From an uncultured Gemmatimonadales bacterium (GTDB lineage Bacteria; Gemmatimonadota; Gemmatimonadetes; Longimicrobiales; RSA9): a stretch of DNA of 64,000 nt. The stretch spans positions 1-64,000 of the forward strand of contig CAVUKA010000008.1 of NCBI GenBank assembly GCA_963741945.1, read 5' to 3'. Position 1 is the stretch's first letter. The number at the start of each line of letters is the position of its first letter. The notes below the pieces were generated by a model, which was not told where the DNA came from, ran no database searches, and saw only the letters and a list, made by a program, of their open reading frames with translations. This document shows positions 20,174-29,658 of this stretch, piece after piece. Made by a program: the position numbers and the translations under genes.

Positions 20174-20530
20174 ATGCCGAGATCAACGAACGCGGTGCCG
20201 AGACACCGCAAAAAGAAGAAGTACTTCCGCGCGGCCCGCGGCTATTTCGGCGGGCGATCGAAGCTCTGGCGCATCGCGAAGAACGCGGTCGAGCGCGGCT
20301 GGCAGTACTCGTATCGCGACCGGAAGAACAAGAAGCGGGAGTTCCGGCGGCTCTGGATCTCGCGCATCAATGCTGCGGCGCGGCAGCACGACCTGAGCTA
20401 CAGCCGGTTCATGAACGGGCTGAAGCGTGCGGGGATCGAAGTGAACCGAAAGGTCCTGGCGGACCTGGCCGTGCGGGAGCCGGAGGCGTTTGGTGAGCTG
20501 GTGACGCAGGCCAAGGCCCAGCTCGACTAG
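20174..20530 (+). CDS. rplT: 50S ribosomal protein L20
   Basis: ARGYFGGRSK, YRDRKNKKREFRRLWISRINAAAR, NRKVLADLAV. Confidence 0.98.
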   Translation: MPRSTNAVPRHRKKKKYFRAARGYFGGRSKLWRIAKNAVERGWQYSYRDRKNKKREFRRLWISRINAAARQHDLSYSRFMNGLKRAGIEVNRKVLADLAVREPEAFGELVTQAKAQLD

Positions 20531-20558
20531 TTGCGATTGCTGTCTGCGTACAGCACCT

Positions 20559-20601
20559 TCGCCCCTCGGCTCGAGCAACGGGCCGGGGGGCGATTCGATT
20601 T
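20559..20601 (+). terminator. Hairpin after rplT (possible terminator or processing site)
   Basis: TCGCCCCTCGGCTCG-AGCAA-CGGGCCGGGGGGCGA, weak U tail TTCGATTT. Confidence 0.45.
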
Positions 20602-20613
20602 CGGGAAAGTGGA

Positions 20614-21639
20614 ATGGCGACTGAGCTTGTCGGAGCGCTGGACGCGCTGGAGCGGGAGGCCCGGGACCGGGTTGCGGGAGCCGAGGATTCAGCGGCTCTG
20701 GAGGCACTGCGAGTGGAGCTGCTGGGCCGGAAGGAGGGGCGGCTCACGGGCGTGCTGCGGCGTCTGGGCGAGATGCCGCCGGAGGAACGCCCCGCCGTGG
20801 GGAAGCGCGCGAACGAGGTCAAGGAGGCCGTCGTCGCGCTGCTCGAGGCTCGCGAGTCCGAGCTGGCCAGCGGAGGCGGCGGCGCGCCGTCGCTGGACCT
20901 CACGCTGCCGGGCCGCCATCGCTGGCGCGGCGCGCGACACCCCGTGACCCAGGTGATGGACGAGATCTACGGGATCTTCCGGGACATGGGTTTCGTTCGC
21001 GCCACCGGCCCGGAAGCGGAGACGGACTGGCACAACTTCGAGGCCCTGAACACACCGCTCGACCATCCGGCCGCGGCGCCCGGCGACACGTTCTATCTGG
21101 GCGATGGCATCCTCCTGCGCAGCCACACGTCTCCGGTGCAGGTGCGTACAATGCTAGGCAGCGAGCCGCCGATCCGGATCCTCGCGCCCGGGCTGGTCTA
21201 CCGTCGCGACCCCTGGGACCCATCGCACGCGCCCGCGTTCGAGCAGATCGAGGGCCTCGTGGTGGATGAGGGCATCACGCTCGTGGATCTCAAGGCCACA
21301 CTCTCGGAGTTCGCCCGCAAGCTCTTCGGGAGCGCCACGCGGACGCGCTTCCGCCCCTCCTTCTTCCCGTTCACCGAGCCCAGCGCGGAAGTGGACGTGA
21401 CGTGCGCGATCTGTGGCGGGAAAGGCTGCAGCACGTGCAAGGGCACCGGCTGGCTCGAGATCATGGGAGCCGGGATGGTGGACCCGGCCGTGTTCGAGAA
21501 CGTGGGCTACGACCCGGAGCGGTACACCGGATTCGCGTTCGGCATGGGCCCCGGTCGGATCGCCATGCTGGTCTACGGCGTTCCCGACATCCGGATGTGG
21601 TACGAGGGCGACACGCGTTTCCTGGAGCAGTTCTCATGA
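20614..21639 (+). CDS. pheS: Phenylalanine--tRNA ligase alpha subunit
   Basis: NFEALN, LRSHTSPVQVR, FRPSFFPFTEPSAE, GFAFGMG. Confidence 0.98.
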   Translation: MATELVGALDALEREARDRVAGAEDSAALEALRVELLGRKEGRLTGVLRRLGEMPPEERPAVGKRANEVKEAVVALLEARESELASGGGGAPSLDLTLPGRHRWRGARHPVTQVMDEIYGIFRDMGFVRATGPEAETDWHNFEALNTPLDHPAAAPGDTFYLGDGILLRSHTSPVQVRTMLGSEPPIRILAPGLVYRRDPWDPSHAPAFEQIEGLVVDEGITLVDLKATLSEFARKLFGSATRTRFRPSFFPFTEPSAEVDVTCAICGGKGCSTCKGTGWLEIMGAGMVDPAVFENVGYDPERYTGFAFGMGPGRIAMLVYGVPDIRMWYEGDTRFLEQFS

Positions 21640-24077
21640 ACATCAGCTATCGCTGGCTGCGCGAGATCGCACCCGGGATTCAGGAGGGGCCGCAGGCCGT
21701 GGCCGACCGGCTCGGAATGCTCGGTGCGCCCGTGGAGGAGCTGATGCGCCCCGGTGCCGGGCTCGGCGACGTGGTGGTGGCCCGGGTGCTGCGCTCACGG
21801 CCTCACCCGAACGCGGACCGCCTCTCCCTCTGCGACGTGGACGCCGGGAGCGGCGAACCGCTCCAGGTGGTCTGTGGAGCGCCGAACGTGGAGGAGGGGG
21901 CGCTCTATCCGTTCGCCCCCGCGGGCTCGACGCTGCCCGGCGGGCTGGAGCTCCGGCGCGCGAAGATCCGGGGCGAATACAGCAACGGCATGCTCTGCAG
22001 CGAGCGCGAGCTCGGCCTGGGGCGTGACCAGTCGGGGATCATGCGGCTGGCCGATGGCCACCGCGTCGGCGCGCCGCTGGTGGAAGCGCTCGGGCTCGAT
22101 GACGCGCGCCTGACGCTGGAGATCACGCCGAACCGCCCCGATCTCCTGTCGCACGTGGGCGTGGCGCGCGAGCTGGCGCCGGAGGGGCAGCAGGGGGTGC
22201 ACCTCCCGCCGTTCCCGGGACGCGGGGACGGCGTGCGCGCGGGCCCTCCCGCCCCGGCGGTTCGGCGCGAGAGCAGGGAAGGGCATGTCGGAGGCGTGCG
22301 GATAACGATCGAGGATGCGGGCGGGTGTCCGCGTTACATGGCCGCCACCATCGCCGATGTGTCGGTGGCGCCGTCGCCGCCGTGGCTGGCCGCCCGATTG
22401 CGCTCGATCGGCCAGCGGCCGATCAACAACGTGGTCGATGCCACGAACTACATCCTCCACGAGCTGGGCCAGCCGCTGCACGCGTTCGATCTCGACCGGC
22501 TGGGCGGCCCCGCGATCGTCGTGCGGCGGGCGCGCCCCGGAGAGCGGATCACCACGCTCGACGACGCGGAGCGGAAGCTCACCGGGGACATGCTGGTCAT
22601 CGCCGATGCGGAAACCCCGGTGGCCGTGGCGGGCGTCATGGGCGGGGCGGAGAGCGAAGTCACGGCGTCGACGCGTCGTGTCCTGCTCGAATGCGCGTAT
22701 TTCGATCCGCGCTCGACGCGAGGAACGGCCCGGGCGCTGGGGCTTTCCACGGACGCCAGCTACCGCTTCGAGCGCGGCATCGACGTGGAAGGGATGGAGC
22801 GCGCCCTGCTTCGGGCCATCGACCTGATCGCAACGGCCGCGGGCGGCCGCGCGGAAGCGGCACTGGACGTCTATCCCGCGCCGCAGCAGGCGCCGGTGGT
22901 TCCGATCCGGCCGTCCCGCGTGGAGCGCGTGCTCGGTGAGCGCCTGAGCGCGGCTGAGATCGAGGACCTGCTTCAGGCGCTCGGCTTCGAGTTGCGCGGC
23001 CGCGACCACGACCTCCTCGAGTTCTCGATCCCCGGCTTCCGCCGGCACGACGTGACCCGTGAAGTGGATCTGATCGAGGAAGTAGCCCGACGCCACGGCT
23101 ACGACCGTCTGGATGCGGAGCCGCGCCCGTTTCGACCCACGGCCATCGCCGACTCGCCCCGCCTGCGGCTCGAGGATCGCGTGCGCTCGTTCATGGTGGG
23201 TGCCGGCCTGATGGAAGCGCGCAGCGTCCCCATGACGGTACAGGCCGCGGGTGAAGTGCCCCTGCTGCGCCCCCTCTCCAGTGAGGAGAGCGTCCTTCGC
23301 TCCACCCTGAGCCACGGATTGCTGCGGGCGACGGAGCTCAATCACGCCCGCGGCGTGCGCGACGTTCGTCTGTTCGAGATCGGCACGACGTTCCATTCCA
23401 ACGGCCCCGATGGCCGCCCCGCGGAGGAGCGACGGGTCGCCGCGGTCCTCACCGGCCTCCGCGAGCCGCCCCACTGGTCGGGCTCGGCAGAAGACCACGA
23501 CCTCTGGGACGTACGCGGGCTGCTCTCGGATCTGGGCGATCTGCTGGCACCCCGGCGCTCCGTGGTCGGCCCGCTGACCGAGGGCGACACCGGCGGCCTC
23601 ATGCTCCCGGGCGTTCTCCGGTCGGGGACCATCCTGGCCCTCCAGACCGATGAAGGCGTGGTCGGGGTGGCGGGGCAGGTGGCCGACGACGCGGTGGATT
23701 CCCCCGCGTGGGCCGCCCCCGCGTTCGCCCTGGAGATCCGGCTCACGGATGCCATGGCCGTCCCCCGCCGGCCCACGCTGACACCGGTGCCCACGCAGCC
23801 CGCGAGCGACCGCGATCTGGCGCTGCTGATGCCGGAGTCGCTGCCGGCGGCCCGGGTGGAGGCGACGCTCCGGGAAGCGGCCGGGCCGCTGCTGGAGGGG
23901 GTGGCCGTGTTCGACGTGTATCGGGGGCGGGGTGTTCCGCAGGGGATGCGGAGTATCGCGTATCGGCTGGTTTTCCGTCACGCGGAGCGTACCTTGAAGG
24001 ACGAAGAGGTCGATCAGGCGATCGACCGGGTGCTGGACCGCTTGAGGGAAGTCCACGGTGTCGAACGACGCGGTTGA
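21636..24077 (+). CDS. pheT: Phenylalanine--tRNA ligase beta subunit
   Basis: HPNADRL, VCGAPNV, SNGMLCSERELG, ITPNRPDLLS, SYRFERG, DLIEEVAR, FDVYRG; ATGA overlap with pheS. Confidence 0.98.
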   Translation: MNISYRWLREIAPGIQEGPQAVADRLGMLGAPVEELMRPGAGLGDVVVARVLRSRPHPNADRLSLCDVDAGSGEPLQVVCGAPNVEEGALYPFAPAGSTLPGGLELRRAKIRGEYSNGMLCSERELGLGRDQSGIMRLADGHRVGAPLVEALGLDDARLTLEITPNRPDLLSHVGVARELAPEGQQGVHLPPFPGRGDGVRAGPPAPAVRRESREGHVGGVRITIEDAGGCPRYMAATIADVSVAPSPPWLAARLRSIGQRPINNVVDATNYILHELGQPLHAFDLDRLGGPAIVVRRARPGERITTLDDAERKLTGDMLVIADAETPVAVAGVMGGAESEVTASTRRVLLECAYFDPRSTRGTARALGLSTDASYRFERGIDVEGMERALLRAIDLIATAAGGRAEAALDVYPAPQQAPVVPIRPSRVERVLGERLSAAEIEDLLQALGFELRGRDHDLLEFSIPGFRRHDVTREVDLIEEVARRHGYDRLDAEPRPFRPTAIADSPRLRLEDRVRSFMVGAGLMEARSVPMTVQAAGEVPLLRPLSSEESVLRSTLSHGLLRATELNHARGVRDVRLFEIGTTFHSNGPDGRPAEERRVAAVLTGLREPPHWSGSAEDHDLWDVRGLLSDLGDLLAPRRSVVGPLTEGDTGGLMLPGVLRSGTILALQTDEGVVGVAGQVADDAVDSPAWAAPAFALEIRLTDAMAVPRRPTLTPVPTQPASDRDLALLMPESLPAARVEATLREAAGPLLEGVAVFDVYRGRGVPQGMRSIAYRLVFRHAERTLKDEEVDQAIDRVLDRLREVHGVERRG

Positions 24078-24375
24078 CACGGAGAAGCGTGCTGCGCTGC
24101 CGGCCGAGTACGAGCGGCTCGAGCGCGCGGTGCGACAGCTGCTCGACGATGTGGCCGGCTACCGGGCACGCGCGCAGGTGGCGGAGACGCGCGCGTCGGA
24201 GCTGGAGCGCACGCTCCGGGACGTGCACGAAGGGGGGCTGGACCCTCTGAAGATGAAGGAGTCCCTGCGCAGCCTCGAGGTGGAGAACCGTACCCTGCGA
24301 GACCGGATGTCCAAAGCCCAGGACCGGCTTCGGCAGCTCATCGCCCGCTTCGACTTCCTGCGGGAGGAGCTGTGA
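24058..24375 (+). CDS. Coiled-coil protein, ZapB-like by position
   Basis: Heptad-rich 105 aa protein between pheT and zapA. Confidence 0.7.
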   Translation: MSNDAVDTEKRAALPAEYERLERAVRQLLDDVAGYRARAQVAETRASELERTLRDVHEGGLDPLKMKESLRSLEVENRTLRDRMSKAQDRLRQLIARFDFLREEL

Positions 24376-24686
24376 CGGAGGAGCGGACGGTCACCACGGT
24401 CGAAATCGCGGGCGAGGAGTACACGATCCGATCCCACGCGAGCCAGGAGTACACGCGCGAGTGCGCGCGCTACGTCAACGAGGCTTTGTCGGAGATCATG
24501 TCGCGCGGCAACCTGGTGGAAGTCCACAAGGCGGCGATCCTTGCCGCCCTCGCGCTGGCGGACGAGCTGTTCCAGGCGAGGCGGGGCGTGGAAGCCATGG
24601 AAGAGGAGCTGCGGCGGAAATCGACGCGGCTCCTGGACGAGATCGAACGGCGGGCTCCCGCTTCCGGGCTTGCATCGGGCGATTGA
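24372..24686 (+). CDS. zapA: Cell division protein ZapA
   Basis: VEIAGEEYTIRS, ARYVN, KAAILAALALADELFQ. Confidence 0.9.
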   Translation: MTEERTVTTVEIAGEEYTIRSHASQEYTRECARYVNEALSEIMSRGNLVEVHKAAILAALALADELFQARRGVEAMEEELRRKSTRLLDEIERRAPASGLASGD

Positions 24687-24699
24687 CACGCCCTAACTT
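24670..24699 (+). promoter_or_regulatory. Putative sigma70 promoter for rny leader
   Basis: TTGCAT-18 bp-TAACTT overlapping the zapA end. Confidence 0.55.
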
Positions 24700-24768
24700 T
24701 TCCTGTTTCGGCAGTGGGTCCATCGGAGTCCCGGCCGCCGGGCCGGCGGCACCGAGTTATTGCCTTCC

Positions 24769-24793
24769 GAGGCGCCCCGTCGCGCCTTTTTTT
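24769..24793 (+). terminator. Terminator-like hairpin immediately before the rny SD
   Basis: GAGGCG-N8-CGCC followed by T7, then GGAG and ATG 24805. Confidence 0.55.
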
Positions 24794-24804
24794 GGAGTGC
24801 CCAT

Positions 24805-26361
24805 ATGAACAACCTGTTCCTGGTGGCGGTCGCGGCCGCCGCTGTCGGCCTGCTGATCGGCTGGCTCGGGGAGCGCATGCGCTTGCGGAGCGCCCGGGCG
24901 GGAGCCGAGGAGGAAGCAGAGCGGATCCGCCGAACGGCCGCCGAAGACGCGGAGCGCATCCGGAAGGCAGCGGACCTCGAAGGTCGGGAGGCGGCGGTAC
25001 GGACCCGTGAGGAATGGGAGCGCGAAGAAGGGCGTCGCCGCGAGGAGTTGGAGCGGGCCGAGAGCCGGGTCGACGACAGGCGGACCAATCTCGACCGGAA
25101 GTTCGACGCGCTGGAGGCGAAGGAGAAGGCGCTGGAAGAGCGGGAGCGGGGTCTCGAAGGGCGGGCGGGTGCGTTGGAGGAGGCGGAGGAGGCGATCCGG
25201 CAGCGTGAGGGCGAAGCCCGTGCGCGCCTGGAGTCTCTGGCCGGGCTGTCGGCCGGGGAAGCGAAGAAGCAGCTGATCGCGACGCTGGAGGATGAGGCGA
25301 AGGCGGAAGCCGCGAACACGCTGCGGGAGATCCGGGAGGCGGCGAAACGGGATGCGGAGCGCGAGGCCAGGAACATCATCAGCCTGGCGATCCAGCGCAT
25401 CGCCGCGGACCACACCGCGGAGAGCGTCGTGAGCGTGGTGAGCCTCCCGTCCGACGAGATGAAGGGTCGGATCATCGGCCGGGAAGGGCGCAACATCCGG
25501 GCATTCGAGCAGGCGACGGGGATCGATGTGATCATCGATGACACGCCGGAAGCCGTGATCCTGTCCGGTTTCGATCCCGTTCGCCGCGAGACGGCCAGGA
25601 TCGCGCTGGAGAAGCTGGTAGCGGATGGCCGCATCCACCCCGGCCGGATCGAGGAAGTGGTGGAGAAGAGCCAGAAGGAAGTGGAGGCGGAGATGATCCG
25701 GGCCGCGGAGGAGACCCTCTACGACCTGGGGGTCCACGGGGTGGCGCCGGAGATCGTCAAGGTGCTGGGCCGTCTGAAGTTCCGTACGTCGTACGGCCAG
25801 AACCAGCTGCTGCACTCGAAGGAGGTGGCCATTCTGGCCGGGAACATGGCGCTGGAGATGGGGTTGGACGCCACCATGGCGAAGCGTATGGGCCTGCTCC
25901 ACGATGTGGGCAAGGGCATGACGCACGAGCACGAGGGGACCCACGTCGAGCTGGGCTGGGAGCTGTGCCGTCGCTACGGTGAGCCGGACCCGGTGCTGAA
26001 CGCCATCAGGGCGCACCACGACGAGGAGCCCCATCGGTATCCGGAGACCTTCCTGGTGACGGCGGGCGACGCCATCAGCGGAGCTCGCCCTGGCGCCCGT
26101 CGCGAGATGTTCGAGACGTACGTGAAGCGGCTGGAGAAGCTGGAGGAGATCGCGCAGGGCTTCGATGGCGTGGAGCGCTGCTTCGCCATCCAGGCGGGCC
26201 GCGAGATCCGGGTCATGGTCGACCCGGAGCAGGCCCGGGACGAGGAGATGGCGCAGTTGAGCGAGAAGATCGCCCGTAAGCTGGAGGAGGAGCTGCAGTA
26301 TCCGGGTCAGATCAAGGTGGTGGTGATCCGGGAAACCCGCGCGGTGGATTTCGCGCGCTGA
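24805..26361 (+). CDS. rny: Ribonuclease Y
   Basis: N-terminal TM + coiled coil, KH (MKGRIIGREGRNIR), HD domain (GLLHDVGK), ARPGARRE. Confidence 0.98.
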   Translation: MNNLFLVAVAAAAVGLLIGWLGERMRLRSARAGAEEEAERIRRTAAEDAERIRKAADLEGREAAVRTREEWEREEGRRREELERAESRVDDRRTNLDRKFDALEAKEKALEERERGLEGRAGALEEAEEAIRQREGEARARLESLAGLSAGEAKKQLIATLEDEAKAEAANTLREIREAAKRDAEREARNIISLAIQRIAADHTAESVVSVVSLPSDEMKGRIIGREGRNIRAFEQATGIDVIIDDTPEAVILSGFDPVRRETARIALEKLVADGRIHPGRIEEVVEKSQKEVEAEMIRAAEETLYDLGVHGVAPEIVKVLGRLKFRTSYGQNQLLHSKEVAILAGNMALEMGLDATMAKRMGLLHDVGKGMTHEHEGTHVELGWELCRRYGEPDPVLNAIRAHHDEEPHRYPETFLVTAGDAISGARPGARREMFETYVKRLEKLEEIAQGFDGVERCFAIQAGREIRVMVDPEQARDEEMAQLSEKIARKLEEELQYPGQIKVVVIRETRAVDFAR

Positions 26362-26384
26362 CGAACCTGATAACCGACGGATCC

Positions 26385-27302
26385 ATGGTGAAGATCATAG
26401 ATGGCAGGGCGCTGGCGAAGGAGATGCGGGAGGAGATCCGGCAGGAAGCCGAGGCGTTCACGGCCGAGACCGGCGTGAAGCCGGGGCTGGCCACGGTTCT
26501 GGTTGGGGATGATCCGGCCAGTCACCAGTACGTGCGCATGAAGGGGAAGGCCGCCGACACGGCAAGCTTCCATTCCCGCCAGATCACGCTCGCGGGTGAT
26601 ACGCCGCACGATGAGCTGCTCGGCCTCGTCCAGGGGCTGAACGCCGATCCGGAGATCCACGGGATCCTGGTGCAGCTCCCGCTTCCCTCCCAGATCGACG
26701 AGGACGCCATCATCGAGGCGATCGAGCCCGCCAAGGACGTCGACGGCTTTCACCCGGTGAATGTCGGCCGGCTCGCCATCGGCGACCCGGATGTCCTGGC
26801 TCCGTGCACCCCGGCGGGGATCGTCGAGATGCTGGTGCGAAACGGCTACGACCCGAAGGGGAAGAACGTGGTGGTGGTCGGCCGCTCGAACATCGTGGGC
26901 AAGCCGCTGGCTCTGCTCCTGCTCCGCAAGGGACGCGGCGGTGACGCCACCGTGACGGTGGCGCACAGCCGCACGGCCGACCTCGCCGCCATGACGCGCC
27001 AGGCCGACATCGTCGTGGCCGCGGTCGGCCGCCCGAACACGGTCACGCGCGACATGGTCAAGCCCGGTGTGGTGGTGATCGACGTCGGCTCGAACCGGAT
27101 CGACGACCCGAGCGACGAGCGTGGCTACCGCTGGGTCGGCGACGTCGACTTCGATGGTGTGTCCGAAGTGGCGGAGGCCATCACTCCGGTTCCCGGCGGC
27201 GTCGGCCCCATGACGATCACGATGCTGCTCAAGAACACCCTCGAAGCCGCGAAGCGCAGCGTGGCATCGGGCAACGTGCCGGAGCGCGCGGAGTCGAGGT
27301 GA
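26385..27302 (+). CDS. folD: Bifunctional methylene-THF dehydrogenase/cyclohydrolase
   Basis: HGILVQLPLP, KDVDGFHP, PCTPAG, GRSNIVGKP, ITPVPGGVGPMT. Confidence 0.98.
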   Translation: MVKIIDGRALAKEMREEIRQEAEAFTAETGVKPGLATVLVGDDPASHQYVRMKGKAADTASFHSRQITLAGDTPHDELLGLVQGLNADPEIHGILVQLPLPSQIDEDAIIEAIEPAKDVDGFHPVNVGRLAIGDPDVLAPCTPAGIVEMLVRNGYDPKGKNVVVVGRSNIVGKPLALLLLRKGRGGDATVTVAHSRTADLAAMTRQADIVVAAVGRPNTVTRDMVKPGVVVIDVGSNRIDDPSDERGYRWVGDVDFDGVSEVAEAITPVPGGVGPMTITMLLKNTLEAAKRSVASGNVPERAESR

Positions 27303-28522
27303 GCGGGTCGCTGGACCTCTTCGCCGCCGCGGAAGCCGAGCGCCAGACGCGGCCGGGCGGCGCAGGCCGGGGTGGTGCGGGCGAGGGCGAGACCCGCGTC
27401 GCCTACGGCGTGAGCAGCTTGAACCGGCTGGTGCGGGAAGTGCTGGATGCCTCCCTCCCGCCGCTCTGGGTGAGCGGTGAGATGGCGAACTGGAAGCGCT
27501 CTCCGCGCGGCCACTGCTATTTCTCCCTCCGGGACGCGGACGCTCAGGTGCGCTGCGTGCTGTTTGCCGGCGACGCCCGTCGCCTCCCCACCGAGCCGGA
27601 AGAGGGAATGCGCGTGCGGGTCTTCGGGACGGTCACGCTGTACGAGGCCCGGGGCGACTACCAGCTGGTGGTCCGGGAGGTGGAAGCCAGCGACGCGGGG
27701 GGTCTGTGGCGCCTGGCGTTCGAGCGGCTGCGGGAGAAGCTGGACGGGGAGGGGCTGCTTGCGCCCGGGCGGAAGCGGCCACTGCCGCGCAGCCCGATGC
27801 GGGTGGGTGTGGTCACGTCGCCCGTGGGCGCGGCGATCCACGATGTCATCCGGGTCATCGAGCAACGGGCGCCGTGGACCACGGTGGTTCTCAGCCCGGC
27901 GCGCGTGCAGGGATATGGGGCGGAATCGGAAATCGCGGCCGCACTGGACCGTCTCGTGGAGCACGGTCGCGTGGACGTGGTCATCGTGGGCCGGGGCGGT
28001 GGCTCGGTCGAAGATCTCTGGGCCTTCAATCGCGAGGAAGTGGCGCGTGCGATCGCCCGCTGCCCGGTTCCCGTCGTGAGCGCCGTGGGCCACGAAGTGG
28101 ATGTCACCATCGCGGATCTGGTGGCCGATGCCCGAGCCGCCACGCCTTCCGCGGCCGCTGAGCGGGTGGTGCTGGACGGTGCCGACCTGCGGCGGCAGCT
28201 GGTGGCGGCGCGCGTTCGCCTGCGGGGCGCGCTCGGGCGCCTGGCGGATGGCCGCCGTCGCGAAGTGGACGAGCTCGGGGCGTCGCTGCGTGGCTGGATG
28301 GAGACACTCCTGGAGCGACGCGCCGCCGCACTCGGCCGGAGCACCGACAAGCTGCAGGCGCTGTCCCCGCTGTCGGCGTTGAGCCGCGGCTATGCGGTGG
28401 CGCAGGGCGAGGACGGACGGGTGCTGCGGCGCGTGGCGGACTTCCGGCCGGGGAGCCGGTTCCGCTTGCGAGTGGCGGACGGACGCGTGGACTGCGTGGT
28501 GGAGGAGGCGACGGATGGATGA
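27299..28522 (+). CDS. xseA: Exodeoxyribonuclease VII large subunit
   Basis: GHCYFSLRD, GVVTSPVGAAIHD, GRGGGSVEDLWAFN, SAVGHEVD, ATPSAAAE, LSRGYAV. Confidence 0.97.
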   Translation: MSGSLDLFAAAEAERQTRPGGAGRGGAGEGETRVAYGVSSLNRLVREVLDASLPPLWVSGEMANWKRSPRGHCYFSLRDADAQVRCVLFAGDARRLPTEPEEGMRVRVFGTVTLYEARGDYQLVVREVEASDAGGLWRLAFERLREKLDGEGLLAPGRKRPLPRSPMRVGVVTSPVGAAIHDVIRVIEQRAPWTTVVLSPARVQGYGAESEIAAALDRLVEHGRVDVVIVGRGGGSVEDLWAFNREEVARAIARCPVPVVSAVGHEVDVTIADLVADARAATPSAAAERVVLDGADLRRQLVAARVRLRGALGRLADGRRREVDELGASLRGWMETLLERRAAALGRSTDKLQALSPLSALSRGYAVAQGEDGRVLRRVADFRPGSRFRLRVADGRVDCVVEEATDG

Positions 28523-28754
28523 GTCACAGGCGGCGGAAGGCGTCGAGGCGCGGATCCGGAGGCTGGAAGCGATCGTGGATCGCCTGGAGCAGGACGACCT
28601 GGAGCTCCAGGAGGCGCTGGACCTGTTCGAGGAGGGCGTGACGCACGTGCGCGAGGCCTACACCGTAATGGAGCACACCCGCATCCGGGTCGAGAAGCTC
28701 GTGGTCGACATGGACGGTGCGGTGTCGGTGGAGGCGGAGGCGGACGCCGAGTGA
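28515..28754 (+). CDS. xseB: Exodeoxyribonuclease VII small subunit
   Basis: LEAIVDRLEQDDLELQEALDLFEEGV; SD GGAGG. Confidence 0.93.
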   Translation: MDESQAAEGVEARIRRLEAIVDRLEQDDLELQEALDLFEEGVTHVREAYTVMEHTRIRVEKLVVDMDGAVSVEAEADAE

Positions 28755-29647
28755 GCTTCGAGCTGGGGTCGTTCCTGGCGATGGAGCGGCAGCGGGTCGA
28801 CACCGCGCTCGCCGGTGTCGCGGCCGTCGCGAACGCTTCCGGGCCCGTGGGTGACGCCGTCCGCTACGCGGTGGCCTCGGAAGGGAAACGGCTGCGGCCG
28901 ATCCTCTGCATAGCCGCATACCGGGCCGTGCGCGGCGATGTGCCCGAGAGCGCCTACACCCTGGCGGCCAGCCTGGAGCTGATCCACGCCTATTCACTCG
29001 TCCATGACGATCTCCCATCCATGGATGACGACCCGATCCGACGGGGACGGGCGTCGACGCACGTGGCCCACGGCGTTGCGCCCGCCACGCTCGCCGGAGC
29101 CGCGCTCATCCCCATTGCCGTGGGCGTCCTGTCCCGGGGTGCCGTGGAGCTGGGAGTGGACGCCGCCGAGCGCGCGGAGCTGGTCCGGCTCCTGTGCGCG
29201 GCCGCGGGCGGGGGCGGCATGATCGGCGGGCAGCTCCTGGACCTGGAAGCGGAGGGCAGGCCCATGGACCTGGACGCCCTGACACGGATTCACCGGCTGA
29301 AGACCGGCGCGCTCCTTGCCGCCGCGCCCGTTCTCGGAGGCCGGGCTGCCGGAGGCGCCAGTCTGATCCTGGACGCGCTGACAGCCTACGGCCACGCTGT
29401 CGGGCTGGCTTTCCAGATCGCGGATGATATTCTGGACGTGACCGGGAGCACCGAGGTGCTGGGGAAGACGGCGGGCCGGGATTCGGTGCTGGACAAGGCG
29501 ACGTTTCCGGGCCTGCTGGGAGTGGAGCGCGCGCGATCCCTGGCCGCTGAGCAGTCCGCCGCCGCCGTGGCGGCGCTCGCGGCGGTCGGGATTCGGTCCG
29601 AAGAGCTGGATGCGCTGGCGCGCTATGCCGTGGAGCGCGACCGGTGA
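28751..29647 (+). CDS. ispA: Farnesyl/geranylgeranyl diphosphate synthase
   Basis: GKRLRP, SLVHDDLPSMDDD, GGQLLDL, KTGALL, AFQIADDILD. Confidence 0.95.
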   Translation: MSFELGSFLAMERQRVDTALAGVAAVANASGPVGDAVRYAVASEGKRLRPILCIAAYRAVRGDVPESAYTLAASLELIHAYSLVHDDLPSMDDDPIRRGRASTHVAHGVAPATLAGAALIPIAVGVLSRGAVELGVDAAERAELVRLLCAAAGGGGMIGGQLLDLEAEGRPMDLDALTRIHRLKTGALLAAAPVLGGRAAGGASLILDALTAYGHAVGLAFQIADDILDVTGSTEVLGKTAGRDSVLDKATFPGLLGVERARSLAAEQSAAAVAALAAVGIRSEELDALARYAVERDR

Positions 29648-29658
29648 GGGAGGTGCCT

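Noticed and set aside
26361-26385. Absence of ymdB after rny and of tlyA between dxs and nadK
   Set aside because: Common gene-order variation; loss cannot be judged from one window
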